This document shows positions 57,705 to 64,000 of a stretch of DNA of 64,000 bases, in pieces. Origin of the DNA: an uncultured Bacteroidales bacterium (GTDB taxonomy: Bacteria > Bacteroidota > Bacteroidia > Bacteroidales > JAGOPY01). A program made the translations under genes and the position numbers. The notes under the pieces are model-generated. The model was given only the letters and a program-made list of their open reading frames with translations. It searched no databases and was not told the DNA's origin. The first letter of the stretch is position 1, and every line of letters starts with the position of its first letter. The stretch is taken from contig CAWBCI010000003.1 in assembly GCA_963787195.1 (NCBI GenBank), positions 79,364-143,363 on the forward strand. Direction: 5' to 3'.

Positions 57705-58652
57705 ATGTTCAGGGAACCTCCCTTTCGGAACTTTCCGCCATATCTGAAAATAATCAGCCTTCTCTTAGTAATAGTTATAACTTTTTTATTTGTATTGGCT
57801 TTAGGTGCGGGTTTATCCATCCCTTTCTTCGGGAAGGGGATACTTGAAAGCATTTCTCAGAATTCTGATTTTTCAGACCCCAGGGCCATCATGGGTTTAA
57901 AGTATTTCCAGATAGTTAATCAGATCGGGGTTTTTGTTCTCCCGGCAATAATATTTGTAATCCTGACTGATGACAGCTTCGGAGGATACATGAAACTGAA
58001 GGGGAAAATGCATACTTTCAGCCTGATATTCGGAATAGTGCTGATTTTCGTTTCACTTCCATTCAACAATTGGTTGCTTCAAATCAATCAGAACATCTCA
58101 TTTCCTTCATACCTGGTCGGAGTGGAGAATTGGATGAGGGCTTCAGAAGACGGAGCGGAGAAATTGACAGACGCATTTTTGAAAACTACCTCTTTTGGTG
58201 GATTGATGCTTAATATTTTGATGATCTCTATCATCGCGGCCATCGGGGAAGAATTTATTTTCAGGGGGATCCTGGTCCGCTTATTTCGTGAATGGACAGG
58301 GAATATTCACCTTGGTGTATTTATACCGGCTTTTATTTTCAGCGCATTGCATCTTCAGTTCTTTGGATTCATACCCCGCCTTGTTCTGGGATTGATACTT
58401 GGATATCTTTTCGTCTGGTCAAATTCACTTTGGGTCCCCATAGCAGCTCATTTTATTAACAATACCATGGCAGTCTTGATTTCTTTCCTGGACAACAAGG
58501 GTATAATCAGTTTGAATTTCGAAAATTTTGGCTCCACAAACAATGTCTGGGTAATCACCGGAAGTTTTATAATTACCATATTCATCCTGCTTTCCATTCG
58601 TTTTCATGAACAAAGGGAATATCGAAAGCTGTTTTCTAAAGACGCCCGATAA
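57705..58652 (+). CDS. CPBP-family (CAAX) intramembrane glutamic protease
   Basis: The ATG at 57705 avoids antisense overlap with dusB. Motifs EEFIFRG, FSALHL and HFINN in a multi-TM protein. Confidence 0.75.
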   Translation: MFREPPFRNFPPYLKIISLLLVIVITFLFVLALGAGLSIPFFGKGILESISQNSDFSDPRAIMGLKYFQIVNQIGVFVLPAIIFVILTDDSFGGYMKLKGKMHTFSLIFGIVLIFVSLPFNNWLLQINQNISFPSYLVGVENWMRASEDGAEKLTDAFLKTTSFGGLMLNILMISIIAAIGEEFIFRGILVRLFREWTGNIHLGVFIPAFIFSALHLQFFGFIPRLVLGLILGYLFVWSNSLWVPIAAHFINNTMAVLISFLDNKGIISLNFENFGSTNNVWVITGSFIITIFILLSIRFHEQREYRKLFSKDAR

Positions 58653-58690
58653 AAAAAAGAGGACATCTTCTTTAAAGATGCCCTCTTCAA
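58651..58690. terminator. bidirectional hairpin between convergent genes
   Basis: AAAAAAAAGAGGACATC..GATGCCCTCT, a 10-bp stem with one mismatch. Confidence 0.55.
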
Positions 58691-58707
58691 ATTATCATGA
58701 AAGAAAA

Positions 58708-59175
58708 TTAAAATTTCAATTCGTTAACTTTTCTGGAAGAATAGTTAATTTTCAATGCATTCGCTTTTCTCAGTTCCTGTTTGATATCAGTAATAATCCC
58801 CATGCGGGTACGCATATCGGCTTTGATTGAAGTTGTAATGAATTTGCGGTCCACTTCGTCCCTTTTTTCCCGTTCACTCGCTACAAATTCCTGAATATTG
58901 GCAACCGTGGCAAAGGCATCATTTAACTGGATGCGTGACTCGGTTCCATACTGTGCTTTTACCGGTTGCCCTACGTAAATAAAACTTACCAGGGATTTTC
59001 TTTCCAGTTTCTGAACTTCGGTTGCTTCCGGCAGTTTGATTTTCACGAGCATAGTTGTTTCCCGCATTACGGTAGTAACCATGAAGAAAAACAGCAACAT
59101 GAAAATGATATCGGGAAGTGAAGCAGTGTTAATTCGCTGCTGCCCATCGGCTTTCTTTTTTCTAAATCTTGCCAT
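58708..59175 (-). CDS. exbD: ExbD/TolR-family biopolymer transport protein
   Basis: N-terminal basic region plus a single TM (LPDIIFMLLFFFMVTT), 155 aa. Confidence 0.75.
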   Translation of the reverse strand: MARFRKKKADGQQRINTASLPDIIFMLLFFFMVTTVMRETTMLVKIKLPEATEVQKLERKSLVSFIYVGQPVKAQYGTESRIQLNDAFATVANIQEFVASEREKRDEVDRKFITTSIKADMRTRMGIITDIKQELRKANALKINYSSRKVNELKF

Positions 59176-59189
59176 AATGATCCTCCAGA

Positions 59190-59768
59190 TTATTTATTAC
59201 CTCCGACATTTTCAGGTTCAGCTTCCGAAATAGCGATCGGGATAGCCTGCTGAATCGCGTCGATTTTATTTTCATCTACCAGGTCGTTAAATTTCACTCC
59301 GAATTTATCCATTGATAAATTATCCCTGAGTTCATCAAAAGCCTTCGTAAGTTCATTCTGAACGCGGATATACATATCATATGAAGTTCCCCGGTCGTTT
59401 TTCAGAGAAACCACACCTTTAGAAACCATCATGGTTCCCAGCAGGGGAATGGTTTCTTCCTTTTTTTCCGGGAGGTTGGGGTCATTATCCGGGTTCAGGA
59501 AGAAGTGTTCGGTATCATTTTTCAGCTGACTGATATCACTGGGCTTTCCTTCAACCATGAGTAAATCAGCAGAATTCACCAGAACTTGAAAAATATTCCG
59601 TTCCTTGATATCAACCTGACTGTTATCTTCCACGGGTGGAGGAAGTTTACGCGTAATACCTGTATCCACGTCCATGGTTGTAGCAACCAGGAAGAAGATC
59701 AGGAGAAGAAAAGCAATGTCGGCCATAGAGCCTGCATTGATTTCTACATTTTGCTTTTTAGTTCTCAT
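59190..59768 (-). CDS. exbD: ExbD/TolR-family biopolymer transport protein (long form)
   Basis: AGSMADIAFLLLIFFLVATTM TM signature. Confidence 0.75.
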   Translation of the reverse strand: MRTKKQNVEINAGSMADIAFLLLIFFLVATTMDVDTGITRKLPPPVEDNSQVDIKERNIFQVLVNSADLLMVEGKPSDISQLKNDTEHFFLNPDNDPNLPEKKEETIPLLGTMMVSKGVVSLKNDRGTSYDMYIRVQNELTKAFDELRDNLSMDKFGVKFNDLVDENKIDAIQQAIPIAISEAEPENVGGNK

Positions 59769-59779
59769 AATGTGATCCC

Positions 59780-60196
59780 TTATTTAAAAGTTCTGGAGAC
59801 CGCGGAATATATGATAGCAAGAATGGCTGCCGCAAACATCACATAAGTGACATACAGGCCGGCCCCAACTATCCTTGAAGTGGATACTGAAGTTGACATT
59901 TTTTCAATCTGGACTGGCGTAAAATTGTTCGTAGACAGCGTATAAGATATAATTGCTATCAAAACCATGGCACCCAGTACTATGGCTAATTTAATGGCTC
60001 CTTTTGGATGCTGGATCAAATTGGACACAGCTGTAATTAAAGTTGTCAGTATGAGAATTACAAGCAGGGCATATCCCCAGTAAATGACATAGTCAGCATC
60101 AATTGCGCCGGCATAAAACAAAATGCCAAGCAGTGCCGATATTCCCATCAGCGCATAAAGAAACCATTGGACTAATTTGGATGTTTTATCGTTCAT
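59780..60196 (-). CDS. hypothetical 4-TM membrane protein within the ExbBD cluster
   Basis: 138 aa with four hydrophobic helices. Co-oriented and tightly packed with exbB and exbD. Confidence 0.5.
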   Translation of the reverse strand: MNDKTSKLVQWFLYALMGISALLGILFYAGAIDADYVIYWGYALLVILILTTLITAVSNLIQHPKGAIKLAIVLGAMVLIAIISYTLSTNNFTPVQIEKMSTSVSTSRIVGAGLYVTYVMFAAAILAIIYSAVSRTFK

Positions 60197-60207
60197 GGTT
60201 GAAAAAT

Positions 60208-61035
60208 TTATTTCTTGTATTTTGCAAGAATGTCGATGAATGAAATGGAGCTGTCTTCCATGTTATTAACCAGGCTGTCGATCTTTGCAACAAGGAAGTT
60301 GTAAAAGATCTGCAGAATGATGGCCACGATCAGACCGAACACGGTAGTTAAAAGGGCAACTTTGATACCACCGGCAACGATGGTCGGGGAGATATCGCCT
60401 GCAGCTTCGATATTGTCAAAAGCCTGGACCATCCCGATAACCGTACCCAGGAACCCGAGCATAGGAGCCAGGGCTATAAAGAGGGAGATCCAGGATAAAC
60501 CGCTTTCAAGACGTCCCATAAGCACACTGCCGTATGAAACGATTGATTTTTCAACCATTTCAAGTCCTTCATCATATCGGGTGAAACCCTGGAAGAAAAT
60601 GCTGGCAACCGGCCCGCGCGTATTTTTACAGACTTCCTTGGCTGCTTCTACACCGCTTGACTCAACAGATGATTCAATTTTATTCAGGAGTTTCTGGGTA
60701 TTGGTGGTTGATAAACTCAGGTAAATGATCCTTTCAATGCTGATAGCGAGCCCAAAGATCAAGGTCAGCATGATAATAGCCATAAACCCGGCACCCCCCT
60801 GTATAAAATAACGTTTCAGGATCTGGTGAAAACCTTTTGGCTGCGTGTCCTCCGCAGTCAGGGTCGTGGTGGCCTTGGTGGCAGGAGCAGGTTGTGTCGT
60901 GGCCTGGGCGGCGGAATCCTTTACAACAGCTTGATTCTCAGTTTGAGTTGCTGGCTTATCCTGAGCAAATGCGCCATTGTAGAACCCGAATGTTAGCAGA
61001 GATGCTAAAGTCAAAAATGCGATTAATCTTTTCAT
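60208..61035 (-). CDS. exbB: MotA/TolQ/ExbB proton-channel protein
   Basis: Signal peptide, a T/A-rich linker, then the ExbB core (LGFLGTVIGMVQAF, ALLTTVFGL). Confidence 0.8.
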   Translation of the reverse strand: MKRLIAFLTLASLLTFGFYNGAFAQDKPATQTENQAVVKDSAAQATTQPAPATKATTTLTAEDTQPKGFHQILKRYFIQGGAGFMAIIMLTLIFGLAISIERIIYLSLSTTNTQKLLNKIESSVESSGVEAAKEVCKNTRGPVASIFFQGFTRYDEGLEMVEKSIVSYGSVLMGRLESGLSWISLFIALAPMLGFLGTVIGMVQAFDNIEAAGDISPTIVAGGIKVALLTTVFGLIVAIILQIFYNFLVAKIDSLVNNMEDSSISFIDILAKYKK

Positions 61036-61084
61036 GGTTTAAGTGATTGATTATTAACTTTATAATTCGTCCTTTATTAATATT

Positions 61085-61175
61085 TGGCGGAGAGAAAGGG
61101 ATTCGAACCCTTGATGCGCTTTTGGCGCATACACGCTTTCCAGGCGTGCGCCTTCGACCACTCGGCCATCTCTCC
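61085..61175 (-). tRNA. tRNA-Ser (GGA), CCA encoded
   Basis: The reverse complement GGAGAGATGGCCGAGTGGTCGAAGGCGCACGCCTGGAAAGCGTGTATGCGCCAAAAGCGCATCAAGGGTTCGAATCCCTTTCTCTCCGCCA has a long variable arm and a CTGGAAA anticodon loop. Confidence 0.9.
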
Positions 61176-61352
61176 TTTTCTCTCTTACTGACCCCGGAAA
61201 ACACCTCCAAAAATCAGGCAGCTAAAGTAATAAAAAAAAACCATTAAAAACAATTACATTCAAAATTTATGAGCAGTTCGATCAGTTATTTAGACTAAAT
61301 CAAAGGTGCTTTAAAATACATCTATATGGATTGTTTTATATTCCCTGATCAT

Positions 61353-62381
61353 TTATATACTCATCTCTCCGCGTAAAGGTTTTTGAAGCAATTCTTTAAC
61401 TTCCTTCAAGCTGATTTTTGTTCCCAGAAGGAACATCATTTTCGCCACTGCCGACTCGGTCGTTATATCATATCCGCTTATAACCCCTATTTTTTCAAGC
61501 TCTATCCCTGTTTGATACTTTCCCATCTCTACCGGACCTGCCTTACACTGAGTTACATTATAGATAATTATGTTGTGTTCAATGGCCTTTTGCAAAAGAT
61601 CAAGAAACCAAAGTTCATTGCTGGCATTCCCTGAGCCGAAAGTTTCCAGGATAACCCCTCTCAAACCCGGTATCGAAAGTACGGTTTCAACGGCAATTTT
61701 TGATATACCCGGAAAGAGTTTCAGGATAATTACATTGTTGTCCAGTGATTTATGGATCTTCAATGATCTGAAATTCGGCCTGAGTATTTCATTGATATGG
61801 TATTTTATATTGACCCCTGCATCAGCCAGCGGAGGGTAATTGCCTGAGTGGAATGCTTTAAAATTTTCAGCATTATATTTAAATGTACGGTTCCCTCTCA
61901 GTAACTGGTTTTCGAAATAGATGGCAACCTCAGGAACTATGGGTGTATCCTCTATCCTGGCAGCCGCAATTTCAATGGAAGTAATAAAATTCTCTCTTCC
62001 GTCACTCCGTATCATGCCCAATGGAAGTTGTGAACCCGTCAGTATTACCGGTTTATTCAGGTTCTCAAGCATGAAACTTAGAGCTGAAGCAGTGTAAGCC
62101 ATGGTATCGGAACCATGCAATACCACAAAACCATCATATTTTTCATAGTTCTTTTCGATCACTTCAGCAATTTGGAGCCAGTGTGCAGGATTCATGTTGG
62201 AAGAATCCAGCAGGGGCTCAAAAGAATGGAAACCTATATTATATTCAAATTTTTCCAGGACCGGGATCTGTTCGTATAACTCTTCACTGCTCACCGGATG
62301 CAATGTACCGCTTACTTTATCCTTCACCATTCCGATCGTCCCACCGGTATATATTATAAGTATGGATGTCTTGCTTTTCAT
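61353..62381 (-). CDS. ansA: L-asparaginase, type I
   Basis: ILIIYTGGTIGM and HGSDTMAYTASALSFMLENLNKPVILTGSQ, close to E. coli AnsA. Confidence 0.9.
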   Translation of the reverse strand: MKSKTSILIIYTGGTIGMVKDKVSGTLHPVSSEELYEQIPVLEKFEYNIGFHSFEPLLDSSNMNPAHWLQIAEVIEKNYEKYDGFVVLHGSDTMAYTASALSFMLENLNKPVILTGSQLPLGMIRSDGRENFITSIEIAAARIEDTPIVPEVAIYFENQLLRGNRTFKYNAENFKAFHSGNYPPLADAGVNIKYHINEILRPNFRSLKIHKSLDNNVIILKLFPGISKIAVETVLSIPGLRGVILETFGSGNASNELWFLDLLQKAIEHNIIIYNVTQCKAGPVEMGKYQTGIELEKIGVISGYDITTESAVAKMMFLLGTKISLKEVKELLQKPLRGEMSI

Positions 62382-63151
62382 TAATAGATTTTAAATAGTT
62401 CAAGCGCGTTTTCAGTGGTCTTAAGAGCAACTTCTTCCAGAGTAAGACCCTTAATCTGGGCCATTTTTTCAGCAATGATATAAATATAGGCACTTTCATT
62501 TCTTTTCCCCCTGTAAGGTACAGGGCTGAGGAAAGGTGAATCGGTCTCAAGCACCATATGTTCTATGCCCATTTGTTCTACCACTTTGTCAAGCCCGCTT
62601 TTACGAAAAGTCAAAACCCCGCCTATTCCCAATTTTAATCCCATTCCGCTTACCTTTTCTGCCTCTTCCAAATTACCTGAAAAGCAATGGAAAACGCCCT
62701 TCAGTCCTTTTATATTTTCTGAATCCAAAATATTTATTATCTCTGAAAATGAATTCCGGGAATGTATCGCAACCGGAAGTCCGGATTCATTTGCCCAGTG
62801 TATCTGAATTCTGAAAGCTTCTTCCTGCTCCCTGAAATATGTCTTGTCCCAATAAAGGTCAATCCCGATTTCACCTACGGCTATGAATTTATCATTATCC
62901 AGCTTTTCTTTAATAATATTTAATTGTTCTCTGAAATCAGGCCCCACTGAAGTTGGGTGCAGACCTATCATCGGAAAGCAATTTTCAGGGAATTCCGCAC
63001 TTAATTCCATCATGCCTTTTATACTATCCTTATCTATATTAGGCAGGAACATATACTGAATGCCTTTTTGGATCGCGTTCCCAACCACCTCCTTCCTGTC
63101 CTCGTCAAATTGTTCAAGGTAGAGATGCGTGTGTGTGTCAATGAAGATCAT
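62381..63151 (-). CDS. tatD: TatD-family metal-dependent hydrolase
   Basis: IDTHTHL start, EIGIDLYW, HCFSG, ETDSPFL motifs. Confidence 0.85.
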   Translation of the reverse strand: MIFIDTHTHLYLEQFDEDRKEVVGNAIQKGIQYMFLPNIDKDSIKGMMELSAEFPENCFPMIGLHPTSVGPDFREQLNIIKEKLDNDKFIAVGEIGIDLYWDKTYFREQEEAFRIQIHWANESGLPVAIHSRNSFSEIINILDSENIKGLKGVFHCFSGNLEEAEKVSGMGLKLGIGGVLTFRKSGLDKVVEQMGIEHMVLETDSPFLSPVPYRGKRNESAYIYIIAEKMAQIKGLTLEEVALKTTENALELFKIY

Positions 63152-63207
63152 TGCGCAAAATTAGCTGAAAATTAAGGATCATATGTTACTTTTGCATAAA
63201 ATTAGAT

Positions 63208-64000
63208 TTGAAAAAGGTACTGGTCATACGTCTCAGTTCAATCGGCGACATAGTCCTCACGAGTCCGGTAGTCCGTTGTCTGAAGCAGCAGGGCGGAGAT
63301 ATCAGTGTTCACTACCTGGTGAAAAAGCAGTTTCTTCCTATCGTAGCTTCCAATCCTTATATAGATAAGATATATACCCTGGAAGCTGATTTGAAAGAAT
63401 TGACAAGGCAACTGAAGAAAGAAAATTATGACTTCATCATTGACCTTCACAAGAATTTCCGCTCTTATTTCATTCGTTTTAAACTCAACAAAGCTGCCGG
63501 AAGTTTTCCAAAATTGAATTTCCGGAAATGGTTATGGGTCAGGTTTAAAATCAACCTGATGCCGGATGTCCATATTGTTGACCGTTATTTTAAAGCTGTA
63601 AAGAAACTGGACATTCATAATGACGGAAAGGGTCTTGATTACTTCATTCCGGAAAAGGAGGAGCTAAATGTTTTTGATTTGACGGGAGGAATGGAAGATT
63701 TTACCGCCTTTGTTATCGGGGCCAAACATAAAACCAAAATTTTGCCTGAGGAAAAAATCCTGGAAGTATGCCGGAGAATGAAAAGGCCTGTCATTTTGCT
63801 CGGAGGGCCTGATGATGCGGAAAAAGGGGAAAGGATAGCTGTCGCTTCGGGTGAAAATGTATACAACGCCTGCGGAAAACTCAGCATTAACCAGTCGGCT
63901 TCTGTGATCCGCCAGGCTTCCGGAGTAATCAGCCATGATACCGGTCTGATGCATATTGCCGCGGCTTTTCGCAAGGATATTCTTTCCGTTTGGGGCAATA
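63208..64000 (+). CDS. glycosyltransferase family 9 (heptosyltransferase-like), 3'-truncated by the window edge
   Basis: Not in the ORF track because it has no stop in the window. The frame from a TTG at 63208 reads MKKVLVIRLSSIGDIVLTSPVVRCLKQQ...GVISHDTGLMHIAAAF. Minus-strand track ORFs 63639-63998 and 63664-63954 are antisense artefacts. Confidence 0.7.
   Translation, partial: MKKVLVIRLSSIGDIVLTSPVVRCLKQQGGDISVHYLVKKQFLPIVASNPYIDKIYTLEADLKELTRQLKKENYDFIIDLHKNFRSYFIRFKLNKAAGSFPKLNFRKWLWVRFKINLMPDVHIVDRYFKAVKKLDIHNDGKGLDYFIPEKEELNVFDLTGGMEDFTAFVIGAKHKTKILPEEKILEVCRRMKRPVILLGGPDDAEKGERIAVASGENVYNACGKLSINQSASVIRQASGVISHDTGLMHIAAAFRKDILSVWGN

Noticed and set aside
58708-61035. ExbB / 4-TM protein / ExbD / ExbD cluster lacking an adjacent tonB, considered as a novel motor.
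   Set aside because: As far as I know this gene order is common in Bacteroidota, and tonB may lie elsewhere. Nothing in the sequence marks it as unusual.
63639-63998. Minus-strand ORFs at the right edge of the window.
   Set aside because: The plus strand reads a clear GT9 heptosyltransferase-like protein from 63208 onward, so the minus-strand ORFs are antisense artefacts.

Overview
This is a low-GC, Bacteroidota-type chromosomal segment. The evidence is T9SS C-terminal sorting domains of both types, SprB-type repeats and an ExbB/ExbD cluster. I can support about 55 protein genes and 2 tRNAs: CAT anticodon at 55334-55407 and Ser-GGA at 61085-61175, both on the minus strand. I see no rRNA, no CRISPR array, and no transposase, integrase, reverse transcriptase or phage core genes.

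Gene content, in order:
- A block of secreted/T9SS surface proteins (572-12285): a broken giant adhesin, three mosaic FG-GAP paralogs and a clan-CD peptidase.
- arsM.
- A porin-amtB locus with a two-component system.
- A complete ars operon (22634-27038, minus strand).
- A TPR/LuxR regulator.
- Three large tail-fibre-like/BNR surface proteins (29992-37433).
- An HD-domain/TM fusion and an ankyrin-phosphoesterase.
- A sigma-54 two-component system next to a MacB-type ABC exporter.
- Housekeeping genes: pepT, dusB, ansA, tatD and a GT9 glycosyltransferase.

I did not find a convincing new multi-gene protein system such as a defence island. The most unusual signal is non-coding. The intergenic DNA is largely built from degenerate tandem arrays with a strict 7-nt register, reminiscent of cyanobacterial STRR repeats, and most sit just after stop codons. 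There are also at least three dispersed structured repeat families of about 70-190 nt.

At least 12 genes carry frameshifts. Nearly all can be repaired by a 1-nt change in a short homopolymer, so I read them as assembly or sequencing errors rather than real pseudogenes.

All functional calls rest on motif recognition by eye. No database search was possible.
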